Shown: positions 30,679 through 41,892, counted from the first letter of the stretch. The stretch: DNA of 64,000 bases from an uncultured Granulicatella sp. (GCF_963521425.1 NZ_CAUQUN010000005.1:15090-79089); one strand, 5' to 3'. The notes: generated by a model not told the origin, from the sequence alone. Made by a program: numbers and translations.

Positions 30679-30733
30679 TTGACATTTTTTCATGCAATGA
30701 TACAATAGAATAGAATCGTAATTATGCCGATTT
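30679..30733 (+). promoter_or_regulatory. Promoter with a Zur box
   Basis: TTGACA and extended TGn-TACAAT, then AATCGTAATTATGCCGATT close to the firmicute Zur box AAATCGTAATnATTACGATTT; gene is COG0523. Confidence 0.75.
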
Positions 30734-30755
30734 AATTACATGAATGGAGGAAATC

Positions 30756-31925
30756 ATGATGAGTAATAAAATTCCAGTAACCATTGTCAGCGGATTTTTA
30801 GGAGCAGGTAAAACAACGCTCATTAACAAAGTATTAAAAGAAAAACACGGCGAACATATTGCTGTAGTTATTAATGAATTTGGAGAAATTGGTGTTGACC
30901 ATCAATTTGTATTAGATGTAGAAGAAGAAATTTATCAAATGGATAATGGCTGCTTATGTTGTACTCTTCGTACAGATATTGCAGACATGTTAAAATCTAT
31001 TTTAATGGTCAAAGAACAAAACGGGATTAAAGTAGACCGTGTATTATTTGAAACAACTGGTTTAGCAGATCCTGCACCAATTGCTCAAACATTTATCAAT
31101 GTACCATTTTTAAATGAACATTTTATTTTAGACGCTGTTTTAACAGTTGTCGATTCAAAAAATTTCTTATATCAAACAACTCATCAAACTGAACCAGCAA
31201 AACAAGTTGGTTTTGCAGACAAAATCTTTATGTCTAAACATAGTTTAGTAGACGACACTATTTATGCAAAAGTCATTAACGAAGTTCGTTCTATCAATCC
31301 TTTTGCAGAAATTCAAGATTTAGATGCTCGTCCAGTAGAAATGAAAGATATGTTTGGTCTTGAATTATTCTATGCTTCTGAAAAGAAAATTTTAGAAATG
31401 CAAGAAAATTCTGAAGAAGAATATTGCGAAGCTTGTGGACATACTCATGCGCATGGCGAACACGATCACCATCATCACGATGAAGAACACTGTGAAGAAT
31501 GTGGACACTCTCACGCCCATGGGGAACACGATCACGATCATGATCACCACCATCATGATGAAGAGCATCACCACCACCACCATGATCATCACCATCATGG
31601 ACATCATCATCACAAGCATCACCACCACAGTGGTATTAATTCATTTGTTATTGAAACAGAGAAACCTCTTGTTTTAGCTCATATTAACGAATGGTTAAAT
31701 GAATTAGTTTATATTTACGGACCTGAATTATATCGTTATAAAGGGATTTTAAGCGTAGAAGGTTTAGATTATCAAATCATTTTCCAAGGGGTTCAAATGA
31801 GTTTTGATATTTCTCGTGGACGTGATTGGAACGATACAGAGCGTAAGTCGACTTTAGTATTTATCGGTAAAAACTTACCAGAAGATACATTAAGAGAAAG
31901 CTTCGTTGCTTGTACAAATAAATAA
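30756..31925 (+). CDS. COG0523 (CobW/YciC/ZigA-type) zinc metallochaperone GTPase with a His-rich insert
   Basis: GFLGAGKT, NEFG, GCLCC, ETTGLADP, LYRYKG, LVFIG. Confidence 0.92.
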   Translation: MMSNKIPVTIVSGFLGAGKTTLINKVLKEKHGEHIAVVINEFGEIGVDHQFVLDVEEEIYQMDNGCLCCTLRTDIADMLKSILMVKEQNGIKVDRVLFETTGLADPAPIAQTFINVPFLNEHFILDAVLTVVDSKNFLYQTTHQTEPAKQVGFADKIFMSKHSLVDDTIYAKVINEVRSINPFAEIQDLDARPVEMKDMFGLELFYASEKKILEMQENSEEEYCEACGHTHAHGEHDHHHHDEEHCEECGHSHAHGEHDHDHDHHHHDEEHHHHHHDHHHHGHHHHKHHHHSGINSFVIETEKPLVLAHINEWLNELVYIYGPELYRYKGILSVEGLDYQIIFQGVQMSFDISRGRDWNDTERKSTLVFIGKNLPEDTLRESFVACTNK

Positions 31926-31945
31926 ATTCTTAAAACAATATACGT

Positions 31946-32108
31946 AAAATAAAACAGAAAAACTTTTATCACTGTAGCAAGGTCGCCAGCAGCCTCGCTT
32001 TGCGAGTCTCATGGCTAAACTTCGAGCCTTGGTCTCGAAGTTCCCCTGTAATATAAGCCTCAGGCTTATATTACTTTTGCTACGGTGATCGTTTTTCTGT
32101 TTTATTTT
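31946..32108 (+). repeat. Multi-hairpin repeat family, copy A
   Basis: Terminal IR AAAATAAAACAGAAAAAC/GTTTTTCTGTTTTATTTT enclosing a stem and three hairpins; homologous to 48844-49618. Confidence 0.9.
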
Positions 32109-32284
32109 TTCCTTCTCTGACAAAATATATTTTTTCACAAATCTTCTTACTTTCTTATTGGAGTCTTCATATTATTTTCAAAATTTCACTCTATACTTTA
32201 GTCATTCCCAAATAAGAAATATTATCCTCCCAAGTTAAATATTTCAAAATCCTTTTTTCCACCGACCATTGTGTCGGTGGTTTT

Positions 32285-33100
32285 TTAATATTCTTGGAGA
32301 ATCACCATCATCTCATCCTTTAAAGAATTTTCCCAAAGGTTCAATGATTCCATTTTAAAATAGATTGTCGCTAAAAAACTTTTGTACATTGCTAAACGTT
32401 GATAACTTTCACGGCTTCCATCTAATTCTTCAAATCTTTGCTTTTTAATCCACTCACACAAAAGTTTTTGAGAAAGATTTCCAGACTCTATTCCAAAAAA
32501 GATTGCTAATCCTAATCTTCTTTCTTCTTCATCTATAAATGGTTGTTTACTCTTTTGAAAAATATCACTAATGACTTCTAATACTTCTAGTACATATTCT
32601 TGGGTACAAGCCGGATGAGAAATAATGGTTCCTAATAAATCTGCTCCATGAGCAAATGCGTGTACCCATCCCAACTTTTCATCATATCCCGTTCTGTCTT
32701 TTTCTCTTTTTAAATAACAAATTCCATGTTGAATCCAACTCGTTCTCTCAGAAGTTGTTAAACAAGAGTCATATCCACTTGTTTTATCCCCGTCTACTTG
32801 TAATATCATTCCCATTACAAGTGCTGAGAAAGAGCGATACGCTGTAGCGATACCAACTTCTTCCATTCTATACTCTAAAGGATTTGTGACAGTCATTTTT
32901 TCAATAAGCCAACGTAATTGTTCTTTTGTCATTAATTGTTCAAAAATAACTTGTCCAAATAAACAAAAAACTAAGTCATCTCGAATTTCTGGATTAGGAT
33001 TTCCTATATTCTCCCATAACCATTCTAATTCTTCTTGTGTTAACGCTAGATTATTGACTTGTTTTATTTTTAACTGAGAAATCATTTCTTGTTCTAACAT
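32285..33100 (-). CDS. DUF2785 family protein
   Basis: PEIRDDL, RSFSAL, GWVHAFAHGADLL, DEEERRL. Confidence 0.85.
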   Translation of the reverse strand: MLEQEMISQLKIKQVNNLALTQEELEWLWENIGNPNPEIRDDLVFCLFGQVIFEQLMTKEQLRWLIEKMTVTNPLEYRMEEVGIATAYRSFSALVMGMILQVDGDKTSGYDSCLTTSERTSWIQHGICYLKREKDRTGYDEKLGWVHAFAHGADLLGTIISHPACTQEYVLEVLEVISDIFQKSKQPFIDEEERRLGLAIFFGIESGNLSQKLLCEWIKKQRFEELDGSRESYQRLAMYKSFLATIYFKMESLNLWENSLKDEMMVILQEY

Positions 33101-33214
33101 GATAGTCACCTTTCTACTTATAAAGCCATTTTACAAAGCTTTCCTCTTACTAGGTATATTTTAACATAAAATAAGAAGGCTAAGCATTTCTGCCTAGCCT
33201 TCTTTTTACGCTTT

Positions 33215-33883
33215 TTATCGCATACTTTTTGGTTTTGATAATATTTCACTTGCGACAATTGCTTTTTTCCATTGCAAGTGATGTTTCAATACTCGGTTTT
33301 TTGTTGTATAGTTTGTTGCACTTTTTACGGCTTCTACCACTAATTCACCTTTTGAACCCATATGTTGAACTTCTTCTTCCTGTAATTGGATTGCTTCCAT
33401 TTCTTCTACAAAAGATCGAAGATGTTCTAATAATTCTTCCGGCAAATTCGGATTATTTAAATATAATCGTTTTAATTTTTCAGTATGAATTAATAGGGCA
33501 CTTCTTCTCATCGTATCAATTTCTTCGGAAGAAATAATCGACACTCTTTGAATGAGTTCCTTATCAAATACGGATAAAGAATAATCCTCTGGTGAAAATT
33601 GTCGAAAGACTTGTACAATTTTTAAAAATTGTTGTCTCATTTTCTCTGTATGAGATAATGTCGCTTTTGTTTCCGGCATTTCTTCCACAACAACATCTAC
33701 CACTTTTTGATTTTTGGGATGATGACGTTTAGGCGAAACGGATTTTTCTTGAAAAGAATGATTCAACCAATCGTGCAGTTGGTTAAATCCCTTTTCTTTA
33801 CTTTTCATTTTTAAATTAAGATAACTACCAGCAGACATGATCACGAGGATCAATATATACAAGAGAAAGAGTACAATATTCAT
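33215..33883 (-). CDS. Hypothetical membrane-anchored protein (YqfB-like position)
   Basis: N-terminal TM, C-terminal [13 protein letters not shown]; follows floA. Confidence 0.6.
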   Translation of the reverse strand: MNIVLFLLYILILVIMSAGSYLNLKMKSKEKGFNQLHDWLNHSFQEKSVSPKRHHPKNQKVVDVVVEEMPETKATLSHTEKMRQQFLKIVQVFRQFSPEDYSLSVFDKELIQRVSIISSEEIDTMRRSALLIHTEKLKRLYLNNPNLPEELLEHLRSFVEEMEAIQLQEEEVQHMGSKGELVVEAVKSATNYTTKNRVLKHHLQWKKAIVASEILSKPKSMR

Positions 33884-34884
33884 GATTCACTCTCAACAGA
33901 AGATTTGCTAATCGCTTCTCTCATATCTGTATCAGATTGAATATTTTTCAATTGATAGTAGTCCATGACTCCAAGTTTTCCATTACGAAGAGCTTCTGCC
34001 ATCGCTAATGGAATTTGCGATTCAGCTTCTACAACTTTTGCACGCATGCGTTGTACTTCTGCTAACATTTCTTGTTCTTGCGCTACGGCAAGAGAACGAC
34101 GTTCTTCAGCTTTAGCTTGTGCAATTTTCTTATCAGCTTCTGCTTGTTCTGCTTGTAATTTTGCTCCGATATTTCTACCAACATCAACATCCGCGATATC
34201 AATGGATAGAATTTCATACGCTGTACCTGCATCCAATCCTTTTCTCAAAATCGTTTGGGAAATAGAATCCGGATTTTCTAAGACTAATTTATGATGAGCT
34301 GCTGAACCAACTGTAGTAACAATTCCTTCCCCAACACGGGCAATAATTGTTTCTTCACCAGCACCACCAACTAATCGTTCAATATTAGCACGTACCGTTA
34401 CTTTTGCTTTTGCTTGAACTTCAATCCCATCCATCGCAACCCCTGCAATAACCGGAGTTTCAATCACTTTTGGATTAACAGACACTTGAACGGCTTCAAA
34501 CACATTTCGACCTGCTAAATCAATGGCAGCTGCTTGTTCAAATTCTAAGTCAATATTCGCACGTTGCGCTGCAATTAACGCATCAATGACTACATTGACA
34601 TTCCCACCTGCTAAATAATGGGCTTCTAATTCATTAATATCGATTTTTAATCCTGCTTTTGTTGCTTTAATCATCGGACGCACAATATATTGAGGAGCTA
34701 CTCGACGTAATCTCATCCCCACTAATGTGCCTACTCCAATTTTTACATCAGAAAAATACGCTGTGATCCATAACCCAATCGGCACAAATCTAAAAAATAA
34801 CATAACTACTGTTAAAATTAGAAATAGTATCACAATGAGCCCAATGACTCCTGTTGGATTATTGAATAAACCTTTTTCTAACAT
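33880..34884 (-). CDS. floA: Flotillin-like protein FloA
   Basis: [25 protein letters not shown]. Confidence 0.95.
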   Translation of the reverse strand: MLEKGLFNNPTGVIGLIVILFLILTVVMLFFRFVPIGLWITAYFSDVKIGVGTLVGMRLRRVAPQYIVRPMIKATKAGLKIDINELEAHYLAGGNVNVVIDALIAAQRANIDLEFEQAAAIDLAGRNVFEAVQVSVNPKVIETPVIAGVAMDGIEVQAKAKVTVRANIERLVGGAGEETIIARVGEGIVTTVGSAAHHKLVLENPDSISQTILRKGLDAGTAYEILSIDIADVDVGRNIGAKLQAEQAEADKKIAQAKAEERRSLAVAQEQEMLAEVQRMRAKVVEAESQIPLAMAEALRNGKLGVMDYYQLKNIQSDTDMREAISKSSVESES

Positions 34885-35513
34885 CTTACTCCCTCCTTCT
34901 CATTATTGTTCTCCAAAACTTGTACGACGATTTTACTTCCTTCTACTTTTACAACTTGTATCATTGTATCTTCTGGAATAACAAATCCCGTACTGACAAC
35001 ATCAACGATTTCTCCGTCTAGTTCAACCTTTCCGCTTGGACGTAATATCGTTAATGTTTTCCCTGTTTTATTGACTAAATCGTCATATACTTTTGAGGTT
35101 GAATAGCCTTTTGATTTTTTTAGAGAAGAAAGTAATACTAACCCTTCCTTATGAGAAAAATGATTTCCTCTTTTTACCAATAAAACTAACAAGGCTATTG
35201 CCAACAATAGTGACATTAAAATTAAAACGACTAAATCCATGACAGCCTGGTTTGCCCAGTACATCCCTCCTAATACGAATACTGTCCCTAACACTCCTAA
35301 AGCCCCAATTCCTGGAATTAATACTTCAAATCCTAAAAATAGAAACCCAAATACAAATAGGATAATGACGAAAAAGTTCCAGTATGGATGAAGGAAAGTA
35401 TAGGTTGCAAAACTTATTACTGTTATCACACTACCGAGTAGGTTCCATTTGGAGAACACAGAAATGAAAACACCAATAACAGCTACTAACAGTAATAATA
35501 AGTCTAGATACAA
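34878..35513 (-). CDS. NfeD family protein
   Basis: TM bundle with EVLIPG, C-terminal OB domain LRPSGKV...[11 protein letters not shown]; probable TTG start. Confidence 0.85.
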   Translation of the reverse strand: MYLDLLLLLVAVIGVFISVFSKWNLLGSVITVISFATYTFLHPYWNFFVIILFVFGFLFLGFEVLIPGIGALGVLGTVFVLGGMYWANQAVMDLVVLILMSLLLAIALLVLLVKRGNHFSHKEGLVLLSSLKKSKGYSTSKVYDDLVNKTGKTLTILRPSGKVELDGEIVDVVSTGFVIPEDTMIQVVKVEGSKIVVQVLENNNEKEGVRC

Positions 35514-35620
35514 AAGACCACCCCCATTCGTTGCCATCATTATAGCACTTTCCTTTTTAAATACAACTGAATAATTATTATGAAATGCTTAAATTTAAAG
35601 AATGAAAACTATTTCTAAAA

Positions 35621-35914
35621 TTACGAAGGATAGTCTTCCATTTGAGCAAATTCTTTCGCTTGTTGCAGTTGTTTTTCAAACAATTCTAGATCAATAAATC
35701 TCGCTTGACGAGCAAATTCCTTATCTCCTACAAAAACAATCGCAACCGGAACTGTTAGTACTTGATACTGACTTGCCACTTCAGGATGCTGCGTTACATT
35801 TATGACTTCTAACGCTACTCCTTCTTGTTCTGTCACTTCTTCTACTCGTGGCTGTAACGCATGACAAACTCCACAAGTTTCGCTTCCTAAATAGATTACT
35901 TTAATATTTTTCAT
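35621..35914 (-). CDS. Thioredoxin family protein
   Basis: CGVC motif, VLTVP cis-Pro loop; GGAGG RBS. Confidence 0.85.
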   Translation of the reverse strand: MKNIKVIYLGSETCGVCHALQPRVEEVTEQEGVALEVINVTQHPEVASQYQVLTVPVAIVFVGDKEFARQARFIDLELFEKQLQQAKEFAQMEDYPS

Positions 35915-36057
35915 AAACTCACCTCCCATATAGTGTAACATTTTTAGAAAAAATTTCTTGTAAAATGCATTTCTGAATAGAAAATACTTAACAAACCTAG
36001 CTTCCATCTGTATAATGAAAAATGTCTTATAGATATTTTTAGAAAGTGAGTGAGAAA

Positions 36058-36777
36058 ATGGGACGTAAATGGGCTAACATCGTAGAAAAGAAAACTAAAC
36101 TCGATGCTAACAACAGTAAAATTTATGCAAAATTCGGAATTGAGATCTATGTAGCAGCAAAACAAGGCGAACCAGATCCACATTCTAACCAAAAATTAAA
36201 ATTCGTAATTGACCGAGCTAAAACATATAATGTACCTCGTCATATTATCGAACGTGCGATCGAAAAAGCTAAAGGTGGCGGCGATGGCGATTACCAAGAA
36301 TTACGTTATGAAGGATTCGGTCCTAACGGTTCTATGATTATCGTAGATGCACTAACAAATAACGTAAACCGTACTGCTGCAGACGTTCGTGCTGCTTATA
36401 GCAAAAATGGCGGAAACATGGGTGCACCTGGTTCTGTAACTTATTTATTCGACCATACAGCAATCTTCGGTATCGCAAACAAAGATGCAGACGAATTATT
36501 AGAACAATTAATGGAAGCAGAAGTAGACGTTCGTGACGTTGTACAAGAAGACGACCAAGCAATCGTTTATGCTGAACCAAACGACTTCAACACAGTTCGT
36601 ACAGCATTAGAAGGATTAGGAATTTCTGAATTCACAGTATCTGAAATCGAAATGATTCCTCAATCAGAAGTAACATTAACAGGCGATGACTTACGTTTAT
36701 TTGAACGTATGATTAACGCTTTAGAAGATAATGAAGACGTTCAAAAAGTTTACCACAATGTAAACTTAGAAGACTAA
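36058..36777 (+). CDS. yebC: YebC/PmpR family protein
   Basis: [25 protein letters not shown]. Confidence 0.95.
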   Translation: MGRKWANIVEKKTKLDANNSKIYAKFGIEIYVAAKQGEPDPHSNQKLKFVIDRAKTYNVPRHIIERAIEKAKGGGDGDYQELRYEGFGPNGSMIIVDALTNNVNRTAADVRAAYSKNGGNMGAPGSVTYLFDHTAIFGIANKDADELLEQLMEAEVDVRDVVQEDDQAIVYAEPNDFNTVRTALEGLGISEFTVSEIEMIPQSEVTLTGDDLRLFERMINALEDNEDVQKVYHNVNLED

Positions 36778-36804
36778 TTATTGTTGATTTTTACGAAATA
36801 TGAC

Positions 36805-36848
36805 AAAAAGTCTGTCCTAGGAGAGGTTCTCCTGCGACAGACTTTTTT
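36805..36848. terminator. Bidirectional terminator
   Basis: AAAAAGTCTGTC...GACAGACTTTTT between convergent genes. Confidence 0.7.
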
Positions 36849-36861
36849 GGTTTGAGATTAT

Positions 36862-39828
36862 TTAAAAATTATCTTTATTGTTTTTTCTTTTAACGAAAAC
36901 CCCACCTATTAAACTTAGGAATCCTAACCATGTTGGAAGTAACTCTGCTTGCCCTGTTTTTGGTAGTTCATTTGAATGGATTTCTTCAGTATTATTTTGT
37001 GTTGTTTCTTGTTGAGATACTATTGTTTCTTCAGAGGATTGCTCTACTTCTACCGAAGGAGAAGAAGGCATTCCATTCCCTTCTGGTACATTCGTATGAG
37101 ACTCACTAGTCATTTCTTTATAATAGTGTGTTGTAATTCCATCTTCTTCATGAGTCGATTCATATTGATATTGTTTACTATCTTTGGTAATCATCCCTTG
37201 TTTTGGACCAAAATGACTTACCTCAGTTGGAACAAGTTCTTCATTGGATCCAATAATAATATGACGAGTAATTAATAGGGGAGCTACGGGATGAATCGCT
37301 AGTTCGCCCTTTTCACTCACGACACCTTCAGGTAACGCTGGCTGGACTTCCGGTTCACCTTTCTCGCTCACAATTCCTTCTGGTAATTCCGGCTGTACTT
37401 CTGGTTCACCTTTTTCACTAGAGTATTCTACAAAGTCATAAATAATTGTTTTTTCATTTTCATCAACCGTACCTATTTCAGGCGCTGAAGTAGCACGATG
37501 TTCTTTATAGAAATAAGTCTTCCCATCTTTTCGAAGCAGTGTTCCCACTTTTGGAGCAACAGACGTATATTCCTCACCGAGAGAAGCATCTTGTTTTAAG
37601 ACTTTCCCTTCAGCTATTTCAGTAGTTGTTCCTTCTAACATATATTTTTCAAATACATTTCCACCAGTTGCTAGTTTATAAACATAGGTAATTTCAGTAG
37701 TTCCCGATCCTACGTTTCCTTTTTCTGCAGGGGAACCCTCTTTCAATCCTACTAGTTTATATTTTTTACCATCTTTTATGATTTCGGGTAGTTTTACTAT
37801 TGTAGCATCATAGAGAACTTCTTTGTTTGTTGTCGTTTGTGTTCCTACTATTACTTTATTATTGCCCTTATCTAGGTAATATTTAGCTTCTGTAGATGAT
37901 ATCACTGCATCTTTAACAACATCTGCAGTTTCTTTAATAGAAGTTCCATCCGCTAATTCATACTTAACAATGACTCTACCCTTATTTTCAGTCGTTTCTG
38001 TTTCTTCCTTAGCGTAGATGTTTTTAACATTAGTTAATTGGTCACTAACGTGGTAGGCACGAGTTGGTTGATATAAATTGTAATAATGAATTTCACTATA
38101 AATAGGAGCAGAAACTGACGCATGTTCATCATATTTAGTAGGTGCAGTAATTCTATATCGAACTCCATCTTTTTCATATTCTTTATATAATTGACCTAAT
38201 CCATATTGAAATCTAGTATCATCACCAGAATATTTAAAATCTGAGTATCCCAATATATAAGCTAAATAAGTTTTCGCTGGTTGATTAGAATCATCATCTT
38301 CACTAGGATAATAAGAATCTGTACTCTTATCTCCTAATTTAAAATCAATATTTACTTCAAACACATTTTTTACAAAAGTTGCATTTGTTGGAACTCGGTC
38401 GACATACTGAATTGCTTTATGATTCTCTTTAAACTTTGTAACATTTGCTTTTTCACTCTCATAGTTAGCAGTTTCCTTAAACTCTTCAATATTTCCAACA
38501 AATTTTGGTTCCACTTTATCTCGAGAATTTTTCCATCCTACTGTGATTTCCTTTTCACCAAACATTTCTTTTAACTTAGCAATATATGTTGTCACATCGT
38601 GATACTCTACAAATTGCCCGTTTTCTCTTATATAACCATTAAACTCTTGATGTACAGAATAAGTTGGACGGTTCTTTTTATCAACTACAGCTTTATTTGC
38701 TAATGTAATCTTATAGATTTCTTCCCATGTCTTTTCTTTTGCAGGATTCATGACATCTTCGTCTTTTAAATCTCTTAATCTATCATCTAAAAGATTATTT
38801 AACCCCTCTTCTAATTGATTCTCATTAAAAAATGCACCAGCTGTATAAGCTGCTTTTTCGGTTGCTGTTGAAACAGAGTCTTTTAACGCTACCTCATTTT
38901 TTTCAACAACTAATATAGTATCTCCTTCCTTAATTCCACCATCAGTTGTTATATTTTCTTTTGTAAAATCTTTAGCATCATTTTCACCTTGTTTAAATGT
39001 TTCAACAGCCCAAGAATCATTGGCTGTAGTTGGTTTTGTGGCTAAAACATACTTCCCATATTTTCCTTCATCAGTTTCAGAAACTAACCAAACTCGACTA
39101 CCTTCTTTAATATTGTTATAGCGAATACTTCCGTCTTCATTATGTAAGTTGCCAGGATTTGCATGTACTGTAATATCATTAAACGTTGTTTCCTTAGTAG
39201 TTCCTTCATGTTTATCTACTACTGTATCAATCTTATGATATTTTTCTCCATTCTTTTCTAAAACTTTATCAGCTTCTTTGATTTTAGTTAAGACATCATT
39301 ATTTAAATTCGCTACATTTCCTTCATAACGTTTTCCAAAAAGTCCGCGTATTTTATAGTTCATTGTACTACTAGCAGTTTTTTTATCACCAACAGAGATT
39401 TCTACATCCGATTCTTCTTTTAGAACTTCACCTTCTTTTGTGACATAAGAAATTCTTGAATCCTTAAAGTTATCTTCTCCTTGTTTTTTGATATTTTCCT
39501 TTTCAACTCTGTCTAAATTATATTTGGCTCTATCTTCATTTACACGGTGATTTATTTCATACCCACCTTCTGTACCTGCTCCATTGTAACTCAATCCACT
39601 AAACACATGCATTTTCGGCATTGTATAGCTACCAGCACTATTACTCAAAGTTTCCATTTCCACATTATCTTTTGCAGGGGTAACCGTACTTTCCTTAGGC
39701 GTGTTTGCTTCAGCCAATACCGGACTAGCTCCAACAATCATCATCCCTAACAAAACAGAAGCAGCACCAATCCCTTTATATTTACGTAATGAATATTTTT
39801 GTATTTTTTCTGAACCTATTTTTTTCAT
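36862..39828 (-). CDS. Sortase-anchored surface protein/adhesin with MucBP-like domains
   Basis: YSIRK-type signal KYSLRKYKGIGAASV, MucBP-like segments, EKGEPEVQP repeats, LPKTG plus TM and basic tail. Confidence 0.85.
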   Translation of the reverse strand: MKKIGSEKIQKYSLRKYKGIGAASVLLGMMIVGASPVLAEANTPKESTVTPAKDNVEMETLSNSAGSYTMPKMHVFSGLSYNGAGTEGGYEINHRVNEDRAKYNLDRVEKENIKKQGEDNFKDSRISYVTKEGEVLKEESDVEISVGDKKTASSTMNYKIRGLFGKRYEGNVANLNNDVLTKIKEADKVLEKNGEKYHKIDTVVDKHEGTTKETTFNDITVHANPGNLHNEDGSIRYNNIKEGSRVWLVSETDEGKYGKYVLATKPTTANDSWAVETFKQGENDAKDFTKENITTDGGIKEGDTILVVEKNEVALKDSVSTATEKAAYTAGAFFNENQLEEGLNNLLDDRLRDLKDEDVMNPAKEKTWEEIYKITLANKAVVDKKNRPTYSVHQEFNGYIRENGQFVEYHDVTTYIAKLKEMFGEKEITVGWKNSRDKVEPKFVGNIEEFKETANYESEKANVTKFKENHKAIQYVDRVPTNATFVKNVFEVNIDFKLGDKSTDSYYPSEDDDSNQPAKTYLAYILGYSDFKYSGDDTRFQYGLGQLYKEYEKDGVRYRITAPTKYDEHASVSAPIYSEIHYYNLYQPTRAYHVSDQLTNVKNIYAKEETETTENKGRVIVKYELADGTSIKETADVVKDAVISSTEAKYYLDKGNNKVIVGTQTTTNKEVLYDATIVKLPEIIKDGKKYKLVGLKEGSPAEKGNVGSGTTEITYVYKLATGGNVFEKYMLEGTTTEIAEGKVLKQDASLGEEYTSVAPKVGTLLRKDGKTYFYKEHRATSAPEIGTVDENEKTIIYDFVEYSSEKGEPEVQPELPEGIVSEKGEPEVQPALPEGVVSEKGELAIHPVAPLLITRHIIIGSNEELVPTEVSHFGPKQGMITKDSKQYQYESTHEEDGITTHYYKEMTSESHTNVPEGNGMPSSPSVEVEQSSEETIVSQQETTQNNTEEIHSNELPKTGQAELLPTWLGFLSLIGGVFVKRKNNKDNF

Positions 39829-40005
39829 AGAATCCTCTTTTCCAATTCTTCATTGTTAAATAAAATTTATACTGTATCCTGTTAATCATAGCATTCTAAT
39901 TTTTAGTTATCAAACAGTTATATAATTAATTCACAAATATATTTTTTACTTTTAAAAAGAATTTTTCCTAAAAAATTAATATTAAATTAGTATTATAAAT
40001 AATTA

Positions 40006-41325
40006 TCATGATTTGTTTATTAATAAATATTTTTTTGAAACCTCTTCTATTGAGTAATCTTTCACAAAAGAAATCGTATGATTCACTATAATTTCATTTT
40101 CTGATTCATATAAATTTTTAACAATATTTGCTAATTCATCCGGTGAATCAAACAAGCAAACATCTGGATTTTTAGCTGCATAATATTGATGCGCAATTTC
40201 TACATTAGATAATAACGGAATTAAACCAAAACTCATTGCTTCAACACAAGCATTCGCAAATAATTCCTTTTGAGAAGTAGAGATATACCCATCATGTTTC
40301 CAATACGGCACTTCATCTACATAACCAACAATATGAATATTAATAGGTAAATTCTCATACTTCTCTTTTAATTGATTCAAATCTCCCCCATAGAGAGAAA
40401 CTTCGACGGGAACTCCCTCTTTCTCCAATTGCCTAAAGGTTTCAATAATCCATCCTACTCTTTTTACTTCTGTCATATTCCCAACATAACAATAAGAACG
40501 AGGATTACTTCTTTTTGTAACTACAGATTCATTTTGAGGAGCATAAATTGGTGGCATAAACCATGTATGATAGCCTAAATCTTGTAAAATATCTGATAAA
40601 ACTTCAGAAGCTACTAAGTATCGTGTTTTTCTTCTCAAATTATGTGCGGGATCTTTCAATACATTATTATGAATATATTCAAAATATTTTCGATTCGTAT
40701 TTTCTACAAATCGCCATAATTTTGGTGTCACAACGTTATGTTGATCTCGAATCAGAAAGTCATTCTTATCGGTAAGCTTGATTAATACTTGAATCAATAA
40801 ATCTTCGTACATTAACCATTCTCCGTCTTTATAATATAAGTAATTATCCTCCATCATATAAATAGGAGTCGGTTCTTCTTTCGGTTTATAATACCTGGCT
40901 CTCATCGCTGTCGTTCCATCTCGATTAAGCCATTCTAATTCCTCTTTTTTATTTTTCTTTAAAAATAATCCTGAAGTAAAATATAATGTTTCTTCTTCTA
41001 ATTCCATACTTGCTACAAAGCCATTCATAACGGTCATTTTCCCATTTGGATATTTTTCGATAATATCAGAAGGGCGAACACTTAATTCATCATGTCCAAT
41101 ATCTGACTGATAATGAGAGATTGATATCAATTCATTACGTTGAAATCCTATTTTTTCATATCCAGCTTTCCAATCTGGTCGAACTTGAGGATGCGTTAAA
41201 ATATAGAGATGTCCCCATCCTAAATATTCAGCTATTTTCTTTCTTGATAATTGAGAGGACTCAAATCCATATTTTTTGACAGTTTCTTTCCAAAGTCCTG
41301 GATGTATCGTAACCATTTTAACCAT
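40006..41325 (-). CDS. Glycosyltransferase, GT-B fold (GT4, GtfA/GtfB-like)
   Basis: YVGNM..VKR, STSQKELFANACVEAMSFG resembling the GT4 E-x7-E motif. Confidence 0.7.
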   Translation of the reverse strand: MVKMVTIHPGLWKETVKKYGFESSQLSRKKIAEYLGWGHLYILTHPQVRPDWKAGYEKIGFQRNELISISHYQSDIGHDELSVRPSDIIEKYPNGKMTVMNGFVASMELEEETLYFTSGLFLKKNKKEELEWLNRDGTTAMRARYYKPKEEPTPIYMMEDNYLYYKDGEWLMYEDLLIQVLIKLTDKNDFLIRDQHNVVTPKLWRFVENTNRKYFEYIHNNVLKDPAHNLRRKTRYLVASEVLSDILQDLGYHTWFMPPIYAPQNESVVTKRSNPRSYCYVGNMTEVKRVGWIIETFRQLEKEGVPVEVSLYGGDLNQLKEKYENLPINIHIVGYVDEVPYWKHDGYISTSQKELFANACVEAMSFGLIPLLSNVEIAHQYYAAKNPDVCLFDSPDELANIVKNLYESENEIIVNHTISFVKDYSIEEVSKKYLLINKS

Positions 41326-41462
41326 AAATGACTCCTCGATTCTCTTATTCTAATCTACTTTTAAATCGCACCTATTTACTCATATATTACCATAAACAAA
41401 ATGAAATTGATGCCATAAAAAGAGGACTATCAACATATAGCCCTCTAACTTTTGTGTTCTAT

Positions 41463-41551
41463 TTACTTTTCCAATTTTGATAATTTAGGGCTCAATTTCT
41501 CCTGTAATCATTCATCGAGAAAGTTTTCTTTAGGAGAATAACAATCTCAAC
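41463..41551 (-). pseudogene. Decayed remnant of a second copA-type ATPase gene
   Basis: 41467-41496 matches the copA 3' end at 26/30 nt (KLSKLEK*); adjoining frameshifted ENFLDE/MITGE matches cop[13 protein letters not shown]. Confidence 0.6.
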
Positions 41552-41700
41552 TTTTGAAAAACATTTATAAAGCCCTTACAAAAATTAATTATACATCAAT
41601 TTTTTCTAAAATATAAGTCTATTTTTTTCTGAATTTATATTTTAGAATATGGATAAGATAAGGAAAACTAGATACCTAATGTGAATGGAGATGAATAAAA

Positions 41701-41892
41701 ATGAGTAAGTTTTTATTTGGTAATTATTTATTTTACGGTACTGTTTTTGGCGTAGGAACAGTACTACTTATATATTATTTCTTACCTGACTTTTTCTTGT
41801 TATTTGTTCATCTCTCGACTATTTGTTTTTATCTAGGATTACTGTATGCTTTCCTTAAATTCGTGTTCAAAAAAATTAAAAATAGAACTTAA
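41701..41892 (+). CDS. Small 2-TM membrane protein (63 aa)
   Basis: GGAG RBS, two hydrophobic helices, basic tail. Confidence 0.6.
   Translation: MSKFLFGNYLFYGTVFGVGTVLLIYYFLPDFFLLFVHLSTICFYLGLLYAFLKFVFKKIKNRT

Noticed and set aside
31392..31677. Met/Val/Ile-rich ORFs in other frames
   Set aside because: Shadows of the His-codon repeat in the COG0523 gene.
31890..32138. 82-aa minus-strand ORF
   Set aside because: Runs through hairpin element copy A and overlaps the COG0523 end; no convincing RBS.
33965..34294. Antisense ORFs within floA (and similar ones in kdgT, copA, sstT, corC and PTS IIC)
   Set aside because: Typical antisense shadows of well-supported genes.
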